64,000 nt of DNA, taken from assembly GCA_964016885.1 (NCBI GenBank), contig OZ024744.1:15004001-15068000 (forward strand). The letters are read 5' to 3'. The stretch comes from Eledone cirrhosa. Its lineage: Eukaryota. Under the pieces are notes generated by a model, which saw only the letters and a list, made by a program, of their open reading frames with translations, made no database searches and had not been told where the DNA came from. Shown here piece after piece: positions 31,701 through 44,700 of the stretch (its first letter is position 1; the number at the start of each line of letters is the position of its first letter). The position numbers and the translations under genes were made by a program.

Positions 31701-34025
31701 CAGCAACATGTAATGTAGATTACTTCAGCAATATGTAATGTATATTACTCCAGCAATATGTAATGTAGATTACTCCAGCAATATGTAATGTAGATTACTC
31801 CAGCAATATGTAATGTATATTACTCCAGCAATATATAATGTAGATTACTCCAGCAATATGTAATGTAGATTACTCCAGCAATATGTAATGTAGATTACTC
31901 CAGCAATATGTAATGTAGATTACTTCAGCAATATGTAATGTAGATTACTCCAGCAATATGTAATGTAGATTACTCCAGCAATATGTAATGTAGATTACTC
32001 CAGCAATATGTAATGTAGATTACTCCAGCAATATGTAATGTAGATTAGTCCAGCAATATGTAATGTATATTACTCCAGCAATATGTAATGTATATTATTT
32101 CAGCAATATGTAATGCAGATTACTTCAGCAATATGTAATGTAGATTACACCAGCAATATGTAATGCATATTATTCTAGCAACATGTAATGTAGATTACTC
32201 CAGCAATATGTAATGTAGATTACTTCAGCAATATGTAATGTAGATTACTCCAGCAATATGTAATGCATATTATTCTAGCAACATGTAATGTAGATTACTC
32301 CAGCAATATGTAATGTAGATTACTTCAGCAATATGTAATGTATATTACTCCAGCAATATGTAATGTAGATTACTCCAGCAATATGTAATTTAGATTACTC
32401 CAGCAATATGTAATGTATATTACTCCAGCAATATGTAATGTAGATTACTTCAGCAATATATAATGTATATTACTCCAGCAATATGTAATGTAGATTACTT
32501 CAGCAATATGTAATGTAGATTACTCCAGCAATATGTAATGTAGATTACTCCAGCAATATGTAATGTAGATCACTCCAGTAATATGTAATGTAGATTACTC
32601 CAGCAATATGTAATGTAGATTACTCCAGCAATATGTAATGTAGATTACTCCAGCAATATGTAATGTAGATTACTCCAGCAATATGTAATGTAGATTACTC
32701 CAGCAATATGTAATGTAGATCACTCCAGCAATATGTAATGTAGATCACTCCAGTAATATGTAATGTAGATTACTCCAGCAATATGTAATGTGTATTACTC
32801 CAGCAATATGTAATGTATATTACTCCAGCAATATGTAATGTAGATTACTTCAGCAATATGTAATGTAGATTACTCAAGCAATATGTAATGTAGATTACTT
32901 CAGCAATATGTAATGTATATTACTTCAGCAATATGTAATGTAGATTACTCTAGCAACATGTAATGTAGATTACTTCAGCAATATGTAATGTATATTACTT
33001 CAGCAATATGTAATGTAGATTACTCCAGCAATATGTTATGCATATTACTCCAGCAATATGTAATGTAGATTACTCCAGCAATATGTAGTGCATATTACTC
33101 CAGCAATATGTAATGTATATTACTCCAGCAATATGTAATTTAGATTACTCCAGCAATATGTAATGTATATTACTCCAGCAACATGTAATGTAGATTACTT
33201 CAGCAATATGTAGTGTATATTACTCCAGCAATATGTAATGTAGATTACTCCAGCAATATGTAATGTAGATTACTCCAGCAATATGTAATGTATATTACTC
33301 CAGCAATATATAATGTAGATTACTCCAGCAATATGTAATGTAGATTACTCCAGCAATATGTAATGTAGATTACTCCAGCAATATGTAATGTAGATTACTT
33401 CAGCAATATGTAATGTAGATTACTCCAGCAATATGTAATGTAGATTACTCCAGCAATATGTAATGTAGATTACTCCAGCAATATGTAATGTAGATTACTC
33501 CAGCAATATGTAATGTAGATTAGTCCAGCAATATGTAATGTATATTACTCCAGCAATATGTAATGTAGATTACTCCAGCAATATGAAATGTATATTACTT
33601 CAGCAATATGTAATGTAGATTACTTCAGCAATATGTAATGTAGATTACTCCAGCAATATGTAATGTAGATTACTCCAGCAATATGTAATGTAGATTACTC
33701 CAGCAATATGTAATGTAGATTAGTCCAGCAATATGTAATGTATATTACTCCAGCAATATGTAATGTATATTATTTCAGCAATATGTAATGCAGATTACTT
33801 CAGCAATATGTAATGTAGATTACACCAGCAATATGTAATGCATATTATTCTAGCAACATGTAATGTAGATTACTCCAGCAATATGTAATGTATATTACTC
33901 CAGCAATATGTAATGTAGATTACTCCAGCAATATGTAATTTAGATTACTCCAGCAATATGTAATGTATATTACTCCAGCAATATGTAATGTAGATTACTC
34001 CAGCAATATGTAATTTAGATTACTC

Positions 34026-37000
34026 CAGTAATATGTAATCTATATTACTCCAGCAATATGTAATATAGATTACTCCAGCAATATGTAATGTAGATTACTT
34101 CAGCAATATGTAATGTAGATTACTTCAGCAATATGTAATGTAGATTACTCCAGCAATATGTAATTTAGATTACTCCAGTAATATGTAATCTATATTACTC
34201 CAGCAATATGTAATATAGATTACTCCAGCAATATGTAATGTAGATTACTTCAGCAATATGTAATGTAGATTACTTCAGCAATATGTAATGTAGATTATTC
34301 CAGCAATATGTAATGTAGATTACACCAGCAATATGTAATGCATATTATTCTAGCAACATGTAATGCAGATTACTCCAGCAATATGTAATGTAGATTACTT
34401 CAGCAATGTGTAATGTAGATTACTCCAGCAATATGTAATGTATATTACTCCAGCAATATGTAATGTAGATTACTCCAGCAATATGTAATTTAGATTACTC
34501 CAGCAATATGTAATGTATATTACTCCAGCAATATGTAATGTAGATTACTCCAGCAATATGTAATGTATATTACTTCAGCAATATGTAATGTATATTACTC
34601 CAGCAATATGTAATGTATATTACTCCAGCAATATGTAATGTATATTACTCCAGCATTATGTAATGTAGATTACTTCAGCAATATGTAATGTATATTACTC
34701 CAGCAACATGTAATGTAGATTACTCCAGCAATATGTAATATAGATTACTCCAGCAATATGTAATGTATATTACTTCAGCAATATGTAATGTAGATTACTC
34801 CAGCAATATGTAATGTAGATTACTTCAGCAATATGTAATGTAGATTACTCCAGCAATATGTAATGTATATTACTCCAGCAATATGTAATGTAGATTACTC
34901 CAGCAATATGTAGTGCATATTACTCCAGCAATATGTAATGTATATTACTCCAGCAATATGTAATTTAGATTACTCCAGCAATATGTAATGTATATTACTC
35001 CAGCAATATGTAATGTAGATTACTTCAGCAATATATAATGTATATTACTCCAGCAATATGTAATGTAGATTACTCCAGCAATATGTAATGTAGATTACTC
35101 CAGCAATATGTAATGTATATTACTCCAGCAATATGTAATGTAGATTACTCCAGCAATATGTAGTGCATATTACTCCAGCAATATGTAATGTAGATTACTC
35201 CAGCAATATGTAATGTAGATTACTTCAGCAATATGTAATATAGATTACTCCAGCAATATGTAATGTAGATTACTGCAGCAATATGTAGTGTAGATTACTT
35301 CAGCAATATCTAATTTAGATTACTCCAGCAATATGTAATGTAGATTACTCCAGCAATATGTAATGTAGATTACTCCAGCAATATGTAATGTAGATTACTC
35401 CAGCAATATGTAATGCATATTACTCCAGCAATATGTAATGTAGATTACTCCAGAAATATGTAATGTAGATTAGTCCAGCAATATGTAATGTAGATTACTC
35501 CAGCAATATGTAATGTAGATTACTCCAGCAATATGTAATGTAGATTACTCCAGCAATATGTAATGTAGATTACTCCAGCAATATGTAATGTATATTACTT
35601 CAGCAATATGTAATGTAGATTACTCCAGCAATATGTAATGTAGATTACTTCAGCAATAGATAATGTAGATTACTCCAGCAATATGTAATGTAGATTACTC
35701 CAGCAATATGTAATGTATATTACTCCAGCAACATGTAATGTAGATTACTCCCGCAATATCTAATGTATATTACTCCAGCAATATGTAATTTAGATTACTC
35801 CAGCAATATGTAATGTATATTACTCCAGCAATATGTAATGTAGATTACTTCAGCAATATGTAATGTATATTACTCCAGCAATATATAATGTAGATTACTC
35901 CAGCAATATGTAATGTAGATTACTCCAGCAATATGTAATGTATATTACTCCAGCAATATGTAATGTATATTACTTCAGCAATTTGTAATGTAGATTACTC
36001 CAGCAATATGTAATGTATATTACTCCAGCAATATGTAATGTAGATTACTCCAGCAATATGTAGTGCATATTACTCCAGCAATATGTAATGTAGATTACTC
36101 CAGCAATATGTAATGTAGATTACTTCAGCAATATGTAATGTAGATTACTCCAGCAATATGTAATGTAGATCACTCCAGCAATATGTAATGTATATTACTC
36201 CAGCAATATGTAATATATATTACTCGAGCAATATGTAATGTAGATTACTCGAGCAATATGTAATGTATATTACTCCAGCAATATGTAATGTAGATTACTC
36301 CAGCAATATGTAATGTAGATTAATTCAGCAATATGTAATGTAGATTACTCCAGCAATATGTAATGTAGATTACTCCAGTAATATGTAATCTATATTACTC
36401 CAGCAATATGTAATATAGATTACTCCAGCAATATGTAATGTAGATTACTTCAGCAATATGTAATGTAGATTACTTCAGCAATATGTAATGTAGATTACTC
36501 CAGCAATATGTAATTTAGATTACTCCAGTAATATGTAATCTATATTACTCCAGCAATATGTAATATAGATTACTCCAGCAATATGTAATGTAGATTACTT
36601 CAGCAATATGTAATGTAGATTACTTCAGCAATATGTAATGTAGATTATTCCAGCAATATGTAATGTAGATTACACCAGCAATATGTAATGCATATTATTC
36701 TAGCAACATGTAATGTAGATTACTCCAGCAATATGTAATGTAGATTACTTCAGCAATGTGTAATGTAGATTACTCCAGCAATATGTAATGTATATTACTC
36801 CAGCAATATGTAATGTAGATTACTCCAGCAATATGTAATTTAGATTACTCCAGCAATATGTAATGTATATTACTCCAGCAATATGTAATGTAGATTACTC
36901 CAGCAATATGTAATGTATATTACTTCAGCAATATGTAATGTATATTACTCCAGCAATATGTAATGTATATTACTCCAGCAATATGTAATGTATATTACTC

Positions 37001-38725
37001 CAGCATTATGTAATGTAGATTACTTCAGCAATATGTAATGTATATTACTCCAGCAACATGTAATGTAGATTACTCCAGCAATATGTAATATAGATTACTC
37101 CAGCAATATGTAATGTATATTACTTCAGCAATATGTAATGTAGATTACTCCAGCAATATGTAATGTAGATTACTTCAGCAATATGTAATGTAGATTACTC
37201 CAGCAATATGTAATGTATATTACTCCAGCAATATGTAATGTAGATTACTCCAGCAATATGTAGTGCATATTACTCCAGCAATATGTAATGTATATTACTC
37301 CAGCAATATGTAATTTAGATTACTCCAGCAATATGTAATGTATATTACTCCAGCAATATGTAATGTAGATTACTTCAGCAATATATAATGTATATTACTC
37401 CAGCAATATGTAATGTAGATTACTCCAGCAATATGTAATGTAGATTACTCCAGCAATATGTAATGTATATTACTCCAGCAATATGTAATGTAGATTACTC
37501 CAGCAATATGTAGTGCATATTACTCCAGCAATATGTAATGTAGATTACTCCAGCAATATGTAATGTAGATTACTTCAGCAATATGTAATATAGATTACTC
37601 CAGCAATATGTAATGTAGATTACTGCAGCAATATGTAGTGTAGATTACTTCAGCAATATCTAATTTAGATTACTCCAGCAATATGTAATGTAGATTACTC
37701 CAGCAATATGTAATGTAGATTACTCCAGCAATATGTAATGTAGATTACTCCAGCAATATGTAATGCATATTACTCCAGCAATATGTAATGTAGATTACTC
37801 CAGAAATATGTAATGTAGATTAGTCCAGCAATATGTAATGTAGATTACTCCAGCAATATGTAATGTAGATTACTCCAGCAATATGTAATGTAGATTACTC
37901 CAGCAATATGTAATGTAGATTACTCCAGCAATATGTAATGTATATTACTTCAGCAATATGTAATGTAGATTACTCCAGCAATATGTAATGTAGATTACTT
38001 CAGCAATAGATAATGTAGATTACTCCAGCAATATGTAATGTAGATTACTCCAGCAATATGTAATGTATATTACTCCAGCAACATGTAATGTAGATTACTC
38101 CCGCAATATCTAATGTATATTACTCCAGCAATATGTAATTTAGATTACTCCAGCAATATGTAATGTATATTACTCCAGCAATATGTAATGTAGATTACTT
38201 CAGCAATATGTAATGTATATTACTCCAGCAATATATAATGTAGATTACTCCAGCAATATGTAATGTAGATTACTCCAGCAATATGTAATGTATATTACTC
38301 CAGCAATATGTAATGTATATTACTTCAGCAATTTGTAATGTAGATTACTCCAGCAATATGTAATGTATATTACTCCAGCAATATGTAATGTAGATTACTC
38401 CAGCAATATGTAGTGCATATTACTCCAGCAATATGTAATGTAGATTACTCCAGCAATATGTAATGTAGATTACTTCAGCAATATGTAATGTAGATTACTC
38501 CAGCAATATGTAATGTAGATCACTCCAGCAATATGTAATGTATATTACTCCAGCAATATGTAATATATATTACTCCAGCAATATGTAATGTAGATTACTC
38601 GAGCAATATGTAATGTATATTACTCCAGCAATATGTAATGTAGATTACTCCAGCAATATGTAATGTAGATTAATTCAGCAATATGTAATGTAGATTACTC
38701 CAGCAATATGTAATGTAGATTACTC
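34026..38725. repeat. Tandem duplication of a 2350-bp (94-monomer) block containing a nested 150-bp (6-monomer) duplication
   Basis: CAATGTG at 34401/36751; CAGTAATATGTAATCTAT units at 34026, 34176, 36376 and 36526; ACTGCAG at 35271/37621; CCGC at 35751/38101. Confidence 0.92.
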
Positions 38726-41700
38726 CAGCAATATGTAATGTATATTACTTCAGCAATATGTAATGTATATTACTTTAGCTATATGTAATGTATATTACTC
38801 CAGCAATATGTAATGTAGATTACTCCAGCAATATGTAATGTAGATTACTCCAGCAATATGTAATGTATATTACTTCAGCAATATGTAATCTAGATTACTC
38901 CAGCAATATGTAATGTATATTACTCCAGCAATATGTAATGTAGATTACTCCAGCAACATTTAGTGCATATTACTCCAGCAATATGTAATGTATATTACTC
39001 CAGCAATATGTAATGTAGATAACTCCAGCAATATGTAATGTAGATTACTCCAGCAATATGTAATGTATATTACTCCAGCAATATGTAATGTATATTACTC
39101 CAGCAATATGTATTGTAGATTACTTCAGCAATATGTAATGGATATTACTTCAGCAATATGTAATGTATATTACTCCAGCAATATGTAATGTATATTACTC
39201 CAGCAATATGTAATGTATATTACTCCAGCATTATGTAATGTAGATTACTTCAGCAATATGTAATGTATATTACTCCAGCAACATGTAATGTAGATTACTC
39301 CAGCAATATGTAATGTAGATTACTCCAGCAATATGTAATGTATATTACTTCAGCAATATGTAATGTAGATTACTCGAGCAATATGTAATGTAGATTACTT
39401 CAGCAATATGTAATGTAGATTACTCCAGCAATATGTAATGTATATTACTCCAGCAATATGTAATGTAGATTACTCCAGCAATATGTAGTGCATATTACTC
39501 CAGCAATATGTAATGTATATTACTCCAGCAATATGTAATTTAGATTACTCCAGCAATATGTAATGTATATTACTCCAGCAATATGTAATGTAGATTACTT
39601 CAGCAATATATAATGTATATTACTCCAGCAATATGTAATGTAGATTACTCCAGCAATATGTAATGTAGATTACTCCAGCAATATGTAATGTATATTACTC
39701 CAGCAATATGTAATGTAGATTACTCCAGCAATATGTAGTGCATATTACTCCAGCAATATGTAATGTAGATTACTCCAGCAATATGTAATGTAGATTACTT
39801 CAGCAATATGTAATATAGATTACTCCAGCAATATGTAATGTAGATCACTCCAGTAATATGTAATGTAGATTACTCCAGCAATATGTAATGTAGATTACTC
39901 CAGCAATATGTAATGTAGATTACTCCAGCAATATGTAATGTATATTACTCCAGCAATATGTAATGTGTATTACTCCAGCAATATGTAATGTATATTACTC
40001 CAGCAATATGTAATGTAGATTACTTCAGCAATATGTAATGTAGATTACTCAAGCAATATGTAATGTAGATTACTTCAGCAATATGTAATGTATATTACTT
40101 CAGCAATATGTAATGTAGATTACTCTAGCAACATGTAATGTAGATTACTTCAGCAATATGTAATGTATATTACTTCAGCAATATGTAATGTAGATTACTC
40201 CAGCAATATGTTATGCATATTACTCCAGCAATATGTAATGTAGATTACTCCAGCAATATGTAGTGCATATTACTCCAGCAATATGTAATGTATATTACTC
40301 CAGCAATATGTAATTTAGATTACTCCAGCAATATGTAATGTATATTACTCCAGCAACATGTAATGTAGATTACTTCAGCAATATGTAATGTATATTACTC
40401 CAGCAATATGTAATGTAGATTACTCCAGCAATATGTAATGTAGATTACTCCAGCAATATGTAGTGTAGATTACTTCAGCAATATCTAATGTAGATTACTC
40501 CAGCAATATGTAATGTAGATTACTCCAGCAATATGTAATGTAGATTACTCCAGCAATATGTAATGTAGATTACTTCAGCAATATGTAATGTAGATTACTC
40601 CAGCAATATGTAATGTAGATTACTCCAGCAATATGTAATGTAGATTACTCCAGCAATATGTAATGTAGATTACTCCAGCAATATGTAATGTAGATTAGTC
40701 CAGCAATATGTAATGTATATTACTCCAGCAATATGTAATGTAGATTACTCCAGCAATATGTAATGTAGATTACTCCAGCAATATGTAATGTAGATTACTC
40801 CAGCAATATGTAATGTAGATTACTTCAGCAATATGTAATGTAGATTACTCCAGCAATATGTAATGTATATTACTCCAGCAATATGTAATGTAGATTACTC
40901 CAGCAATATGTAATTTAGATTACTCCAGCAATATGTAATGTATATTACTCCAGCAATATGTAATGTAGATTACTCCAGCAATATGTAATTTAGAATACTC
41001 CAGTAATATGTAATCTATATTACTCCAGCAATATGTAATATAGATTACTCCAGCAATATGTAATGTAGATTACTTCAGCAATATGTAATGTAGATTACTT
41101 CAGCAATATGTAATGTAGATTATTCCAGGAATATGTAATGTAGATTACTCCAGCAATATGTAATGTAGATTACTCCAGCAATATATAATGTAGATTACTC
41201 CAGCTATATGTAATGTATATTACTCCAGCAATATATAATGTAGATTACTCCAGCAATATGTAATGTATATTACTTCAGCAATATGTAATGTATATTACTC
41301 CAGCAATATGTAATGTATATTACTCCAGCAATATGTAATGTATATTACTCCAGCATTATGTAATGTAGATTACTTCAGCAATATGTAATGTATATTACTC
41401 CAGCAATATGTAATGTATATTACTCCAGCAATATGTAATGTAGATTACTCCAGCAATATGTAGTGCATATTACTCCAGCAATATGTAATGTATATTACTC
41501 CAGCAATATGTAATTTAGATTACTCCAGCAATATGTAATGTATATTACTCCAGCAATATGTAATGTAGATTACTTCAGCAATATATAATGTATATTACTC
41601 CAGCAATATGTAATGTAGATTACTCCAGCAATATGTAATGTAGATTACTTCAGCAATATGTAATATAGATTACTCCAGCAATATGTAATGTAGATTACTG

Positions 41701-44700
41701 CAGCAATATGTAGTGTAGATTACTTCAGCAATATCTAATTTAGATTACTCCAGCAATATGTAATGTAGATTACTCCAGCAATATGTAATGTAGATTACTC
41801 CAGCAATATGTAATGTAGATTACTCCAGCAATATGTAATGCATATTACTCCAGCAATATGTAATGTAGATTACTCCAGAAATATGTAATGTAGATTAGTC
41901 CAGCAATATGTAATGTAGATTACTCCAGCAATATGTAATGTAGATTACTCCAGCAATATGTAATGTAGATTACTCCAGCAATATGTAATGTAGATTACTC
42001 CAGCAATATGTAATGTATATTACTTCAGCAATATGTAATGTAGATTACTCCAGCAATATGTAATGTAGATTACTTCAGCAATAGATAATGTAGATTACTC
42101 CAGCAATATGTAATGTAGATTACTCCAGCAATATGTAATGTATATTACTCCAGCAACATGTAATGTAGATTACTCCCGCAATATCTAATGTATATTACTC
42201 CAGCAATATGTAATTTAGATTACTCCAGCAATATGTAATGTATATTACTCCAGCAATATGTAATGTAGATTACTTCAGCAATATGTAATGTATATTACTC
42301 CAGCAATATATAATGTAGATTACTCCAGCAATATGTAATGTAGATTACTCCAGCAATATGTAATGTATATTACTCCAGCAATATGTAATGTATATTACTT
42401 CAGCAATTTGTAATGTAGATTACTCCAGCAATATGTAATGTATATTACTCCAGCAATATGTAATGTAGATTACTCCAGCAATATGTAGTGCATATTACTC
42501 CAGCAATATGTAATGTAGATTACTCCAGCAATATGTAATGTAGATTACTTCAGCAATATGTAATGTAGATTACTCCAGCAATATGTAATGTAGATCACTC
42601 CAGCAATATGTAATGTATATTACTCCAGCAATATGTAATATATATTACTCCAGCAATATGTAATGTAGATTACTCGAGCAATATGTAATGTATATTACTC
42701 CAGCAATATGTAATGTAGATTACTCCAGCAATATGTAATGTAGATTAATTCAGCAATATGTAATGTAGATTACTCCAGCAATATGTAATGTAGATTACTC
42801 CAGCAATATGTAATGTATATTACTTCAGCAATATGTAATGTATATTACTTTAGCTATATGTAATGTATATTACTCCAGCAATATGTAATGTAGATTACTC
42901 CAGCAATATGTAATGTAGATTACTCCAGCAATATGTAATGTATATTACTTCAGCAATATGTAATGTAGATTACTCCAGCAATATGTAGTGCATATTACTC
43001 CAGCAATATGTAATGTATATTACTCCAGCAATATGTAATTTAGATTACTCCAGCAATATGTAATGTATATTACTCCAGCAATATGTAATGTAGATTACTT
43101 CAGCAATATATAATGTATATTACTCCAGCAATATGTAATGTAGATTACTCCAGCAATATGTAATGTAGATTACTCCAGCAATATGTAATGTATATTACTC
43201 CAGCAATATGTAATGTAGATTACTCCAGCAATATGTAGTGCATATTACTCCAGCAATATGTAATGTAGATTACTCCAGCAATATGTAATGTAGATTACTT
43301 CAGCAATATGTAATATAGATTACTCCAGCAATATGTAATGTAGATCACTCCAGTAATATGTAATGTAGATTACTCCAGCAATATGTAATGTAGATTACTC
43401 CAGCAATATGTAATGTAGATTACTCCAGCAATATGTAATGTATATTACTCCAGCAATATGTAATGTGTATTACTCCAGCAATATGTAATGTATATTACTC
43501 CAGCAATATGTAATGTAGATTACTTCAGCAATATGTAATGTAGACTACTCAAGCAATATGTAATGTAGATTACTTCAGCAATATGTAATGTATATTACTT
43601 CAGCAATATGTAATGTAGATTACTCTAGCAACATGTAATGTAGATTACTTCAGCAATATGTAATGTATATTACTTCAGCAATATGTAATGTAGATTACTC
43701 CAGCAATATGTTATGCATATTACTCCAGCAATATGTAATGTAGATTACTCCAGCAATATGTAGTGCATATTACTCCAGCAATATGTAATGTATATTACTC
43801 CAGCAATATGTAATTTAGATTACTCCAGCAATATGTAATGTATATTCCTCCAGCAACATGTAATGTAGATTACTTCAGCAATATGTAATGTATATTACTC
43901 CAGCAATATGTAATGTAGATTACTCCAGCAATATGTAATGTAGATTACTCCAGCAATATGTAGTGTAGATTACTTCAGCAATATCTAATGTAGATTACTC
44001 CAGCAATATGTAATGTAGATTACTCCAGCAATATGTAATGTAGATTACTTCAGCAATAGATAATGTAGATTACTCCAGCAATATGTAATGTAGATTACTC
44101 CAGCAATATGTAATGTATATTACTCCAGCAACATGTAATGTAGATTACTCCCGCAATATCTAATGTATATTACTCCAGCAATATGTAATTTAGATTACTC
44201 CAGCAATATGTAATGTATATTACTCCAGCAATATGTAATGTAGATTACTTCAGCAATATGTAATGTATATTACTCCAGCAATATATAATGTAGATTACTC
44301 CAGCAATATGTAATGTAGATTACTCCAGCAATATGTAATGTAGATTACTCCAGCAATATGTAATGCATATTACTCCAGCAATATGTAATGTAGATTACTC
44401 CAGCAATATGTAGTGCATATTACTCCAGCAATATATAATGTAGATTACTCCGGCAATATGTAATGTAGATTACTCCAGCAATATGTAATGTATATTACTC
44501 CAGCAATATGTAATGTATATTACTTCAGCAATTTGTAATGTAGATTACTCCAGCAATATGTAATGTATATTACTCCAGCAATATGTAATGTAGATTACTC
44601 CAGCAATATGTAGTGCATATTACTCCAGCAATATGTAATGTAGATTACTCCAGCAATATGTAATGTAGATTAATTCAGCAATATGTAATGTAGATTACTC

